DNA of 45,239 bases from Candidatus Hydrogenedentota bacterium (GCA_045863295.1 BTWA01000045.1:1-45239); one strand, 5' to 3'. Shown: positions 17,799-27,376, counted from the first letter of the stretch. The notes: generated by a model not told the origin, from the sequence alone. Translations and numbers: made by a program.

Positions 17799-18824
17799 TC
17801 AGATCTGCTGAAGCATGTTTGCCAACGCATTGACCCATTTCGGGTGGTCGTTCAGACAGGGAACCAATTGAAACGCTTCACCGCCCGCGCCAAGAAAATC
17901 CTCCTTCGCACGGATCCCAATCTCCTCCAACGTCTCCAGACAGTCCACAGTGAACGCCGGGCACAAAACCGCCAGCCGCTTTACCCCTTGCTTCGGCAAC
18001 GCAGGCACGACCTCATCGGTCGGCGGCTTCAACCACGGATCCCGGCCCAACCGCGATTGAAAACTCACTTGCCACTGTTCATTAGCCAATCCCAACTTGG
18101 CCGCCAGTGCACGGCTGGTCTCCATGCAGTGATGCCGGTAGCAATAGGCATTTTCGGGAACAGCGCGATCGCAACACCCGCTCTTAACCAGACAGTGCCT
18201 ACCACCCGGATCACTTTTCTTAACCTGACGTTCGGGTAAACCATGATAACTCATCAACACAAGGTCAGCCTCGAAATCGTCGAGAATTGGCTTGGAGACC
18301 GCCACCCACGAGTCAATGAACCCTTCGTCCAGGTAAAACGCAGGAAGCGTCGAAATCGGCGGCACATTCCACTTCTCGGCCGCCAGCCGATGCACCATCT
18401 CCAGAACCGACCCATTTGCGGCCGACGCATATTGCGGAAACAGCGGCACCGCAAGAATGCGATCCACATCCTGCGCAATGAGCTTGTCGAAAGCCTCTGT
18501 AATCGAAGGCTTGCCATACCGCATTCCAATTTCAATAGCCGCCTCCGGCATCCGCTGTCTTAAACGCTCCAAGAGCTTCTCACTCAACGCAAGCAGGGGA
18601 GAACCCGTCTCGGTCCAAACCGCCTCATACGCTTCCGCGGATTTGGCAGGGCGAAAGGGTAGTATGAAAAGGTTCAATATCAGCCAACGAGATATGGGGT
18701 TGATATCCAGTACTCGCGGATCGGACAAGAATTCGCGCAAATAGGTCCGTGTCTCCGCTGCCCTGGGCGCAGCCGTGGTGCCGGTATTCATCAAGAGTAT
18801 GCCAACGCGCTCAATTGAATTCAT
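17799..18824 (-). CDS. hemH: Ferrochelatase
   Basis: GILLMNTGT, YLREFLSD.RV, SPL, MRYG.P, PLFPQY, SYHGLP, FQSRLG..PWL.P, PAFTVDCLETLEE, PCLN. Confidence 0.95.
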   Translation of the reverse strand: MNSIERVGILLMNTGTTAAPRAAETRTYLREFLSDPRVLDINPISRWLILNLFILPFRPAKSAEAYEAVWTETGSPLLALSEKLLERLRQRMPEAAIEIGMRYGKPSITEAFDKLIAQDVDRILAVPLFPQYASAANGSVLEMVHRLAAEKWNVPPISTLPAFYLDEGFIDSWVAVSKPILDDFEADLVLMSYHGLPERQVKKSDPGGRHCLVKSGCCDRAVPENAYCYRHHCMETSRALAAKLGLANEQWQVSFQSRLGRDPWLKPPTDEVVPALPKQGVKRLAVLCPAFTVDCLETLEEIGIRAKEDFLGAGGEAFQLVPCLNDHPKWVNALANMLQQI

Positions 18825-18839
18825 GATTCCCCGTTCATA

Positions 18840-19565
18840 TTAAGTCCGCGGGCTGCGCCATCGAGCGAGACCGGGAAACGCTCCGTACAGCCGCATCAAA
18901 AAACCACTGGATCGGTATAGAAACACCTCGTGTTCCCGCCGGTCCATGGCGCGCTCCAAGCGAAGGGCGAGCGCATCCAGCGAGTACTGTCCCGGTCCGT
19001 CGCCAATGCCCATCAACGCCACGTTGATAGTATGAATCCCATACGCCCGAAGATCAGCACCCAATCCGGAAGAAACGCTGTTCAATCCGCCCTTCGAAAT
19101 ACTATACACCGTCTGCATGGGATTCGGTTTGTACCCCGCCAGCGATGAAAGATACACCATGATACCATTTCCGGCATGCGCCATGTGCGGCGCGGCTTGC
19201 CGGGACAGCAGCAACACGCCCGTAATATTGGTCTGAACAATGGATTCTATCTCGTCGAGCGATGTCTCGAGAAATGGCTTTGACGTTGTGTCGGCAGCGT
19301 TATGAATGATCACATCAGGAGGGAACCCTTGGTCCACTGCCGCGGATACGAACGAAACCACATCTTCCTTCACACGAAGATCCGCTTGCGCATGAAAGCA
19401 TCGTGCGCCAAGCGAGGTGGCTAAGGCCGCAGTCTCCGTCAGTCCCTCGAGGTTGCGCGCCAGGATCGCCAGCTTCGCGCCTCGTTTCGCAAAGTGCAAC
19501 GCCAGACCGCGTCCAATGCCTTGAGACGCGCCCGTAATCCACACAGTTTTGCCAACGAATTCCAT
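18840..19565 (-). CDS. Short-chain dehydrogenase/reductase
   Basis: TGASQGIG Rossmann motif, HNAA, catalytic S and YSISK (YxxxK). Confidence 0.88.
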   Translation of the reverse strand: MEFVGKTVWITGASQGIGRGLALHFAKRGAKLAILARNLEGLTETAALATSLGARCFHAQADLRVKEDVVSFVSAAVDQGFPPDVIIHNAADTTSKPFLETSLDEIESIVQTNITGVLLLSRQAAPHMAHAGNGIMVYLSSLAGYKPNPMQTVYSISKGGLNSVSSGLGADLRAYGIHTINVALMGIGDGPGQYSLDALALRLERAMDRREHEVFLYRSSGFLMRLYGAFPGLARWRSPRT

Positions 19566-19574
19566 ACGATGCCG

Positions 19575-20267
19575 CTATGAGTAAACAGTGGGTTTGCGCG
19601 CCACAATTGCAAACTTGTTGGGCCTGTTACGATTCCAGAAAGCCAGAGTCAGTGTAAATGGCGCCTTAAGCAACCGCTGCCAAAGCGGAAACACATCGCG
19701 CACAACTTGTTCTCCCTCTATGTGGATGGGTTGGCACTGCGGCGTGTACCCCATGCGGCCCAAAGGCGCAAGAATCTCTTCAGGAAAGATGGCCGCCTCG
19801 TTATTAAAAGGCGCCAGACGTATCGGCGATCCCGGCTGCTGTGTCCATCGCACGAACGGATTGCGCGCATCCGGCTCCACGATAACGAGCGTGCCGCCCG
19901 GTTTGGTCACCCGATCCAATTCCGACACGATCCCGGTCCAATCCCGGTTCAAATGATGCAACACATCCACGCAAAACGCGGTGTCAAACGCTGCGTCGCG
20001 GAATGGAAGAGACGCGGAACCGTCTGCAACAAGCGCGGGAATCCCCTTGCGCAACGACAAACCCGCACAGCGCGGGCTGATGTCGAATCCAATTACCGTC
20101 GCTTGCGATAGTGCCCGCCCAATCGTTCCATCCCCGCAGCCCACGTCCAGTGTTAGGCCCTTCCGTGCCAGCAGCGAGTCAATCCGCGCCAGCGATATTT
20201 CCGGATAAGCGTATAACTGCTCGCCCGCGGCCAGACGATCGAACAAACGCGCTTGAGCGTTTTTCAT
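19575..20267 (-). CDS. Class I SAM-dependent methyltransferase
   Basis: LDVGCGDG, GFDIS, LPF.DAAFD, VLHHL, RVTKPGG. Confidence 0.88.
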   Translation of the reverse strand: MKNAQARLFDRLAAGEQLYAYPEISLARIDSLLARKGLTLDVGCGDGTIGRALSQATVIGFDISPRCAGLSLRKGIPALVADGSASLPFRDAAFDTAFCVDVLHHLNRDWTGIVSELDRVTKPGGTLVIVEPDARNPFVRWTQQPGSPIRLAPFNNEAAIFPEEILAPLGRMGYTPQCQPIHIEGEQVVRDVFPLWQRLLKAPFTLTLAFWNRNRPNKFAIVARKPTVYS

Positions 20268-20953
20268 GGCCGGCGGCCAATGTAAAGCAAAGCATCCCCT
20301 CGAAAACGCATCATACGGCGATGGATGGCCTTGGGAAAAAGATTGCCCGCCACGAAAAGGTTGTGGTTATACGAACACAATTCGATCGTCTCGAAACCAT
20401 GTGTTTCAAACAAGAATCGGAGCGATTTGTCCGTGAAGGGCCGCTTGTGAGTGATGTCGTTCCAAAAATCAAACTTGTACTTTTTGATGTCAGGCACCGT
20501 AATGAATACGATTCCGCCGGGTCGCAGCACCCGCGAAATCTCCCGTGCAATATGCTCTGGGCAGTTCAAATGCTCAAGTGTGCTGGTCATCGCGACCAGA
20601 TCCATGCAGCCACTGCGAATGGGAAAGCACCCTTTTTCCATGTCGGCCAGTGCAAACCCAATTCCAGCCTCATGCAATTCGCGCGCGTAATACGAATCGA
20701 AGTCCAGCGCAACGCGCTGCGCAATCACCGGCGTGCGGTAACTCAAAAACCAACCATTCCACGCGCCGCAATCCAATACCCGAAGTCCGCTCCGGCCCTG
20801 AAAATACTCGTCCACCAAATACTTCAGCGACCAGATCTTGTGGCCGCTTTGACCCAATGCCGCCGCCTTGCGCGCGAGCACTCCCATGAACAAGCGCTGA
20901 AAAGCGTTCGTCTTTTCAAGGCAGCATCGCTCATAGTTCTTGGCGTAGTCCAA
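20264..20953 (-). CDS. Class I SAM-dependent methyltransferase
   Basis: VLDCGAWNG, LEHL..P, EI.RVLRPGG..FITVP, FWND.TH. 4-nt overlap with the next gene. Confidence 0.85.
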   Translation of the reverse strand: MDYAKNYERCCLEKTNAFQRLFMGVLARKAAALGQSGHKIWSLKYLVDEYFQGRSGLRVLDCGAWNGWFLSYRTPVIAQRVALDFDSYYARELHEAGIGFALADMEKGCFPIRSGCMDLVAMTSTLEHLNCPEHIAREISRVLRPGGIVFITVPDIKKYKFDFWNDITHKRPFTDKSLRFLFETHGFETIELCSYNHNLFVAGNLFPKAIHRRMMRFRGDALLYIGRRP

Positions 20954-20966
20954 AACAATTCCACCT

Positions 20967-22337
20967 TCACTCGTCGTCGCACACCGGAATACGCTTCAAG
21001 GTGTCGCGCCAGGCCACACCGGCCTGTGTCATACGGCGCGTGCGAACCAAGTAGTAGCCAATGGATGCCGCCGCAACGGCGCCGTAAGCCATCAACAGCC
21101 CCGGCTTCTCCATGGCCACAACTCCCACAAATCCCACCGAAGCCAGCAGCGTGAATCCTGCGCATCCCCACAGCAACGGCCTGGGGAACCGTATGTAGGC
21201 TGTAGCATATTCGTCCGGGAACAACCGCCTCAAGCGTAATGAGGCGATGGCTACAATCGCGGTTGAACTCTGGATACCCAACGCGGCGCCCAACCCATAG
21301 GTCTCCAAATCTACGCGCAACAACAGGACGGCCAGAGATGCGGCAAAGAAGGCAAGCACGGCATTCATTGGAGAGTGCGTGCGACGGTCAATTCGCTGAA
21401 ACCAATCCGGCAACATCCCGTCACGCGCCGCCGAAAAGAACTCCCGGGGCAAGGCTACGGCCGCCGCATTGAGTGAAGTGACCCCCGCTGCGATGGCGCC
21501 AATGCCCACAAAAGTCGCGAGCGGTGAGGAAAGAAACATCCGCGAGGTGTAATCCAGCGGCGCCGTAAGCGATTCATAAAGCGAAGCGTCATAAGGGACC
21601 AGGCTGACAAAGGTCACCGCGACAAGAATGTACAGGCCACCGACGATTGCCCCGCCAAGCAGCAGCGCCAGGGGTATGGTACGCTTCGCATGATGAACTT
21701 CTTCGCCCAGCTCAGCCAGAACTTGAAACCCGAGGCACGTGTTGTAACAGAGTAAAACGGCCATCGCGAAGGCGCCCCATCCCCGCGGCGGACTCAGCGA
21801 AATCGCCACATCGGCGTGAAGAAACCCCACGACTCCATACAACAACAGTGCCCCAATCAATTGAAGCGCCATGATGGCCTGCAGCCCAATCGCGAACCGC
21901 ATGCCAAGATGATAAAGCCCAAAGAAGATGATCAAGATAACGCCGCCCGTCAGATGTACACCAAGTGGCAGCGAAATATAGTTTAGCGTGTATTCAGCAA
22001 GCCCTAAAGCCACAACGCACGTTGCAAGGACTCCCGCAAGGACGAACAGCGCCGAAGTCACTACACCTGCCATGGGTCCCAGCAAACGGCTCGCAAAGAA
22101 GAAGCCAGCACCGGCGCGAGGAATGGCCCCCGCCAATTGAATAATCGGAATAGTCCCAGCAAGAGACACGAACATGGCTATCAAGAAGGCCAGCCAGATG
22201 GCGGCTCCCGCTCCTTCGGCAATCGGGGCAATCAACACGAATATGCCGGCGCCAATGACCGCGCCCACCACAAACGCAAGCGCCCCCCAAAGGGTAATCG
22301 TGCGTCGGAGCCGCGGATTCCCGTTGCCTTCACTCAT
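20967..22337 (-). CDS. APC-superfamily amino acid/polyamine permease
   Basis: LRRTITLWGA, G.VIGAGIF TM1 motif, PRAGA, GFQ.LAELGEEV....RTIP, ARDG.LP; about 12 TM. Confidence 0.88.
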   Translation of the reverse strand: MSEGNGNPRLRRTITLWGALAFVVGAVIGAGIFVLIAPIAEGAGAAIWLAFLIAMFVSLAGTIPIIQLAGAIPRAGAGFFFASRLLGPMAGVVTSALFVLAGVLATCVVALGLAEYTLNYISLPLGVHLTGGVILIIFFGLYHLGMRFAIGLQAIMALQLIGALLLYGVVGFLHADVAISLSPPRGWGAFAMAVLLCYNTCLGFQVLAELGEEVHHAKRTIPLALLLGGAIVGGLYILVAVTFVSLVPYDASLYESLTAPLDYTSRMFLSSPLATFVGIGAIAAGVTSLNAAAVALPREFFSAARDGMLPDWFQRIDRRTHSPMNAVLAFFAASLAVLLLRVDLETYGLGAALGIQSSTAIVAIASLRLRRLFPDEYATAYIRFPRPLLWGCAGFTLLASVGFVGVVAMEKPGLLMAYGAVAAASIGYYLVRTRRMTQAGVAWRDTLKRIPVCDDE

Positions 22338-22373
22338 GCTTCGCTGGGTCCCTTTAATCCGCGTGGTGTTGAT

Positions 22374-23843
22374 TCAATCCAGCGCCGCGGACAGACCGTC
22401 CACCACCGCTTGGAGGGTATGTATGCGTGCATACCGCTTGTCATTCCCTTCAAGTATCGTCCAAGGCGCCGACGGCGTGCTCGTAAATTCGATCATGTCG
22501 GATACGGCATCATAATAATCGTTCCATCGGTTCCGGTTCCGCCAGTCTTCGTCGGTTATTTTCCAGCGTTTGAAAGGGTTTTCTTCGCGTGCCTTGAATC
22601 GCTCCAGCTGAACCTCTTGCGAAATGTGCACCCAAAACTTAAACAAGAGTGCTCCGGATTCATGCAACTGGCTCTCAAACTCATTAATCTCCCCGTACGC
22701 ACGCGCCCACTCGGTTTCCGTCGCAAACCCCTCAACTCGTTCCACAAGCACACGCCCATACCAGCTTCGGTCAAATACGCAAAAGTGCCCCGCCTTGGGT
22801 ACGTCCCGCCAAAAGCGCCAGAGATAGTGGTGATTCCGCTCATCGCCAGCCGGCGCCGCAACGGTCATCACGTCGTATCCGCGGGGATCCAACCGCTGGG
22901 TCAAGCGCCGGATCGCGCCGCCTTTGCCCGCCGCATCCCAACCCTCGAACACCATAATCACCGGACGGCGCTTCTGATAAATGATGTGCTGCAAACGCCG
23001 GAGTTCCGCCTGCAACCCGGGAAGCTTCTCCGAATACGGTTCCAGCGCCAGCGTCTTGCCCAAGTCCACGGCGTCCAACGGTTGAGTCGTCCGGGCAGGC
23101 AATACTGACCTCACGGAACCGAATGGTGAACTGTGCCTCGCAAGGGCGGTCTCCATCGCCGCCACAAGAGTTCGGGCCACCGTGATCACAGCGTGGCGTT
23201 CGTCCTGCGTCGCGACAACCGTCCACGGAGCGTTTTCAGTGTGGGTCTCCTGCAACGATGCATCCATCACAGAGTAATACGTACCGTAGTTTCGGTGCCG
23301 CTGCCTTTCCGCTTTCCCTACCTTCCACGCATACGCGGGATCCTTCTGCAGCTCCTCAAATCGTTTGGCTTGTTCTTTCTTGTCAATGTGCAGGAACAAC
23401 TTCACCAGCACCATGCCGTCGTCCGTCAATTGCCGTTCAAAATCCCGAATGCGGCCCTCGGCCGCACGAATCGCCTTTGCCCCAAGGTCGCCTTCGGCCC
23501 GGCCGTTCCATATCTCCGTGTACCAGCTATGATTGAATAGGGCAATCTGGCCGCGCCCAGGGATCAATCGCCAGAATCGCCAAAGCGGCGGATACATCAA
23601 CTCCAGTTTGGTTGGCGGATGAATGTGTCGCACGCGAAAGCCGCGCGGATCCAGAGGCATCAACAGGTGGCTCAACACCGCCCCCTTGCCCGAGGCGTCC
23701 CAACCTTCGAACACCACCAGCATTGGGATGTTTGCAGCCCGCAATTCGCGCTGTAACTCGGCGATGCGCTTGTCCAGCTCTTTGCGGATTGCCGCAAAGT
23801 CCTTCTTGGAAAAATTTACCGTCGGCGACGCGGTCTCAATCAT
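22374..23843 (-). CDS. pap: Two-domain PPK2, polyphosphate:AMP phosphotransferase
   Basis: Duplicated PPK2 domains with FEGWDASGKG and FEGWDAAGKGG, LDPRG, LWRFW, FDRSWYGRVLVERVEG. Start chosen at MIETA. Confidence 0.88.
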   Translation of the reverse strand: MIETASPTVNFSKKDFAAIRKELDKRIAELQRELRAANIPMLVVFEGWDASGKGAVLSHLLMPLDPRGFRVRHIHPPTKLELMYPPLWRFWRLIPGRGQIALFNHSWYTEIWNGRAEGDLGAKAIRAAEGRIRDFERQLTDDGMVLVKLFLHIDKKEQAKRFEELQKDPAYAWKVGKAERQRHRNYGTYYSVMDASLQETHTENAPWTVVATQDERHAVITVARTLVAAMETALARHSSPFGSVRSVLPARTTQPLDAVDLGKTLALEPYSEKLPGLQAELRRLQHIIYQKRRPVIMVFEGWDAAGKGGAIRRLTQRLDPRGYDVMTVAAPAGDERNHHYLWRFWRDVPKAGHFCVFDRSWYGRVLVERVEGFATETEWARAYGEINEFESQLHESGALLFKFWVHISQEVQLERFKAREENPFKRWKITDEDWRNRNRWNDYYDAVSDMIEFTSTPSAPWTILEGNDKRYARIHTLQAVVDGLSAALD

Positions 23844-23874
23844 GATTCCGAAACTACCCCCATAGTGGCACTCA

Positions 23875-25167
23875 TCAACGGCTGACGAACACCGTACCAA
23901 AATTCACCCAGCCCATATATACACCGACGTAGACGCTCAAGGAAATCGCAAACAGATCCAGACCCGCCAGCAACCACCCTCCGGGCGTTCCAAACGACCA
24001 TCGGAAATAGCCCATATCCTTTCGAGTTATCCGGTACAACAGCGTCAATCCAATCACCGGGAACACCAGCGTCAGAAACGCGGAAAAGATGAGCATCTGA
24101 TACACGGGATCGATGCGCAAAGCGATAAGCAGGGTGGAGGGAACGAAAAACAACACCAACAACACACGCATGGGTCCCGATTCCAGCTTCACCGGAAGGT
24201 TGTAGATGTCCAGCAACGCATAGGCCCCGCAAATCCACCAGCCAACACCCGCGGTCCACGCCGCCAGAAACAACCCGCCAAGAAAAAGCGTCGTACTCCA
24301 CGGGCCCGCCAACGGCTCCAGCAGAATCGCAAAATCCATATAACCCCGCGGCACAATCCCATACGGACGCGCCACCGCCGAGGCCGACGCCATCAAGGGC
24401 AGCGCCACCACCGCCGCCGCCACAATGCCCCAGGCGTAATCCCAACGGGCCCGGTGCAGTATATTCACCTTGCCCTGGAGTGTCGTCGAATACCAACCCC
24501 GCTCAATCATCGTGTACGGATAGATCAAAATTAGCCAGGCGTTGATCATGCTGCCGGCATTGGAGGAAAACAGCGCCTCCCAGCCCGGCCCGGGAATCTG
24601 CGGCACCAGACCTCTCGCCGCCTCGCGCCAATGAAACCCCGCCAGAACCGCCGCACCGAATACGCACACAATCAACGCTACCAACCCAAATACAAACGCG
24701 CGCTCCAAACGACGGTACGCGCCCGCCACCAAAAAAACCAGCGCCGCCCCTGCGGACAGCAGCCCCCCCGCTTCAATCGGAACCGAAGGGAAGAGCCCGG
24801 TAATCACCATCGCACAGGCGGCCCACTGGTTGTACGCGCCAAACGTCGCGCAGACCACCACCGCCACAAACACATAGGCCGTGCAAACCGGATGCACGTC
24901 TTTGAAAATGCACATCGGCGTCTTGCCGAACTGAAGAAAGTACCGGACCGACATGTCTATCAACGCCCAACCCGCCAGTCCTAGAACGAAGTAGCTCCAC
25001 CACAGCCCGAACCCGAACTTCGCACCCATATTCGTCGCGACGCTGATGTCCCCAGTGCCAATATAGAAAGACGCAATCAGCGATCCCCCGCCAAGCAGCA
25101 ACCCCTCACGCAGCCGGAGACGCCGCGGTCGTACGTCTCCAAAAGCAGAAGTATTGGAAAGATTCAT
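23875..25167 (-). CDS. Nramp/SLC11-like membrane transporter with non-canonical motifs
   Basis: About 11 TM; TM1 ASFYIGTGD...G.KFG..L.W, GLVPQIP and L.PLAG segments typical of Nramp-like proteins. Confidence 0.65.
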   Translation of the reverse strand: MNLSNTSAFGDVRPRRLRLREGLLLGGGSLIASFYIGTGDISVATNMGAKFGFGLWWSYFVLGLAGWALIDMSVRYFLQFGKTPMCIFKDVHPVCTAYVFVAVVVCATFGAYNQWAACAMVITGLFPSVPIEAGGLLSAGAALVFLVAGAYRRLERAFVFGLVALIVCVFGAAVLAGFHWREAARGLVPQIPGPGWEALFSSNAGSMINAWLILIYPYTMIERGWYSTTLQGKVNILHRARWDYAWGIVAAAVVALPLMASASAVARPYGIVPRGYMDFAILLEPLAGPWSTTLFLGGLFLAAWTAGVGWWICGAYALLDIYNLPVKLESGPMRVLLVLFFVPSTLLIALRIDPVYQMLIFSAFLTLVFPVIGLTLLYRITRKDMGYFRWSFGTPGGWLLAGLDLFAISLSVYVGVYMGWVNFGTVFVSR

Positions 25168-25760
25168 GGCGTCTGCTCAATCCACGGATCTTTCTCCCGC
25201 GGTTCGTCAATAGGATGCGGTATCCGAAGCCACGCCAGAAACCCGGCCCGTCGCCCCAAATACCAGGCAAACGCCACACACCAGACAAGTCCCACGCCCG
25301 CCGGAACGCCAAGCGCCATCCAGCGCCCCCCGCTGAATATTTCCCCACGAATAATTCGAACAGGGTAGGGGAGTTCGATTCGAACCCCCGCATGATTCAA
25401 TTCCAGCCCGAACGCGTATACGTCCCCTGGCGCCGATTTCAATGCCGTGATCCCCGCATAGGCAATTCGCAGGGTCCCGCCGGGTGGAATTTCGACCGTC
25501 CGTCGAAGAAAATCCTCAGGGAAGTCCCCGGCATTGCCCCCTATTCCAAAGTCGCCCTCGTCGCCCTTCGGCAAGTGCAACCGGGACTCAACCGGCAAGG
25601 ACTCATCAGCCCCGGTATTTCGCAACACAATCAGTAAGTTGATATCGCGCTTCTGCCACGTCCATTCGGGAGCATAAATTGAGTAGGCCAAATCGCCCGA
25701 TTGCCCAGACTCAGACAGAGCGAACGCCAACGGCCCACCAAAGATGAACACCGATATCAT
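25164..25760 (-). CDS. Hypothetical exported protein with a C-terminal TM anchor
   Basis: Hydrophobic N-terminus, beta-rich Ig-like middle, C-terminal TM. 4-nt overlap with the transporter. Start uncertain: the ORF-track extension to 25877 runs through a terminator. Confidence 0.6.
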   Translation of the reverse strand: MISVFIFGGPLAFALSESGQSGDLAYSIYAPEWTWQKRDINLLIVLRNTGADESLPVESRLHLPKGDEGDFGIGGNAGDFPEDFLRRTVEIPPGGTLRIAYAGITALKSAPGDVYAFGLELNHAGVRIELPYPVRIIRGEIFSGGRWMALGVPAGVGLVWCVAFAWYLGRRAGFLAWLRIPHPIDEPREKDPWIEQTP

Positions 25761-25781
25761 AAACAACGGTAAGGACTTGCC

Positions 25782-25820
25782 AAAAAAGAAGCGTCCCCTC
25801 CGAAAAAACGAAGAGGACGC
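25782..25820 (-). terminator. Rho-independent terminator after the 34-aa micro-ORF
   Basis: Minus strand GCGTCCTCTTCG-TTTTTT-CGGAGGGGACGC followed by TTCTTTTTT. Confidence 0.8.
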
Positions 25821-25861
25821 GAAACTCATCCCGAAACCGGCGTCAAACAACAACCCGGAAA

Positions 25862-25966
25862 TCAGCCGAAGAACCAAACCGACCGCAGCAGGTTGATGCC
25901 CGGCAGCGAAAAAATAAACTTGATAATGAAGTCATTCAGACTCGTAACCCAATCAAGAAAATTCAC
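25862..25966 (-). CDS. Unannotated 34-aa amphipathic peptide MNFLDWVTSLNDFIIKFIFSLPGINLLRSVWFFG
   Basis: GAGGAGAG RBS 6 nt before a GTG start; consensus promoter upstream and terminator downstream. Confidence 0.7.
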   Translation of the reverse strand: MNFLDWVTSLNDFIIKFIFSLPGINLLRSVWFFG

Positions 25967-26010
25967 GTCCAACTCTCCTCTGTGCTGAGGCCCACCAAAA
26001 GAACCCCCGT

Positions 26011-26039
26011 ATCATAGTGGCCCCCCGCGGAATTGTCAA
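26011..26039 (-). promoter_or_regulatory. Sigma70 promoter of the 34-aa micro-ORF
   Basis: Minus strand TTGACA (26039-26034), 17 nt, TATGAT (26016-26011). Confidence 0.8.
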
Positions 26040-26107
26040 TATTTTCCCAAAAAAGAAACAGCGGAGACCCCCACAACGTTGGACTCCACAACAGCCCCCA
26101 GCGCGGA

Positions 26108-26950
26108 CTATATCCGGCTCACCGCGATATTTGAAAGCGCGATCCGCAATTGGTCGCAGCTTTCAAATCGCTGCTTTGGATCCTTGTTCAGCATCTTCAT
26201 GATGATGTTGCCAAGCTGCTCCGGGCAACGCCGGTTCACCGTCGAGGGGTGATTGGGAACAATTCGAAGGTGACACGCATACAGCGCCGTGAGGTTGTCC
26301 ACTTCAAACGGCATTTTTCCCGTGAACATGAAGTACAACGTGATTCCCAGCGAATACATGTCACTCTGAGGAGAGGCGGGTTCCTTCCGGATGATTTCCG
26401 GTGCAACATACATGGGTGTGATTTGCTCCGCTATACTGCCCCCTACATCCAGAAACGCAAACAAACTCTGGCGGGATAGCGAATAGTCCGACATTTTCAC
26501 GACTCCCTTCCGCGTGAAAAGGACGTTCGCAGGTTTCAAATCGTGGTGAGTAAAACCCTGGTCGTGAATGTATTGCAAACCATTGCACACCTGGGAAATG
26601 ATGCCAAGACGCTGCTGCAAATCAAAAGGCTGGTTGTCCAAATACCACTTCAGGTCCGGGCCGTCCACGTATTCCATCACCTGGCAAGGCCCTTCCTCGC
26701 CATCCAGAAATTCGTGTACAAGCACAACGTTCGGATGATTCCACTTGCTGAAACGGGCTACACTGCGGGCGTAATCTTTGATATGAAGCTTGTTGCGGAA
26801 GAAATTCTTGTGGAACAGCTTTATGGCGACTACGTCGCCCTTCTCTGTGTCGATGCCGCGATAGACTACGCCGGTGCCGCCGCGACCGAGAATTCGGTCG
26901 AGTTTGAACCGGTACACGCGCAGCTTGTCGGGCAGTTCATGCTTGAGCAT
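26108..26950 (-). CDS. Stand-alone Hanks-type Ser/Thr protein kinase
   Basis: LGRGGTGVVY, VAIK, HPNVV, MEYVDG, HHDLKPAN, TPMYVAPE, SDMYSLG, K.L.KDP.QR. GGAGG RBS. Confidence 0.9.
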   Translation of the reverse strand: MLKHELPDKLRVYRFKLDRILGRGGTGVVYRGIDTEKGDVVAIKLFHKNFFRNKLHIKDYARSVARFSKWNHPNVVLVHEFLDGEEGPCQVMEYVDGPDLKWYLDNQPFDLQQRLGIISQVCNGLQYIHDQGFTHHDLKPANVLFTRKGVVKMSDYSLSRQSLFAFLDVGGSIAEQITPMYVAPEIIRKEPASPQSDMYSLGITLYFMFTGKMPFEVDNLTALYACHLRIVPNHPSTVNRRCPEQLGNIIMKMLNKDPKQRFESCDQLRIALSNIAVSRI

Positions 26951-26980
26951 AACGCCTCCCGAATACTACAACCAGCCCGC

Positions 26981-27376
26981 CTAGTCCAAATCCAAGTCAA
27001 TGGAAGGCGCATCGCCCCAAAGACCATCGAGATCGTAAAACGTCCGCGCTTCCTTACGGAAAAGGTGAAGTATCACCGTGCCGAAATCAACCACGATCCA
27101 GCCCGCCGCCTGCGTGCCCTCTACATGAAGCGGTTTATTGCCCACTTCGCGCATGCCGTCTACCACCGCATTGTACATCGCGCGCATCTGCGGCTCGCTA
27201 CCAGCGCTGCATATAACAAAACTGTCCGCGATCAACGTCAGCTCACGGACATCGTACGCCCGCACATCAAGCGCCTTGTGATCGGAAAGCAATGACGCAA
27301 TACGCAGCGTCGACGGAAGAAAATCCTGAACGTCCGCGGGGGCTTTCTTAACCAATTTCACCAAGTTCGACTGCAT
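26981..27376 (-). CDS. rsfS: Ribosome silencing factor RsfS (Iojap)
   Basis: KALDV...DV.....IAD.FVI.S, EG....GWIVVDFG.VILHLF..EAR.FYDLDGLWGDA. Confidence 0.93.
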   Translation of the reverse strand: MQSNLVKLVKKAPADVQDFLPSTLRIASLLSDHKALDVRAYDVRELTLIADSFVICSAGSEPQMRAMYNAVVDGMREVGNKPLHVEGTQAAGWIVVDFGTVILHLFRKEARTFYDLDGLWGDAPSIDLDLD

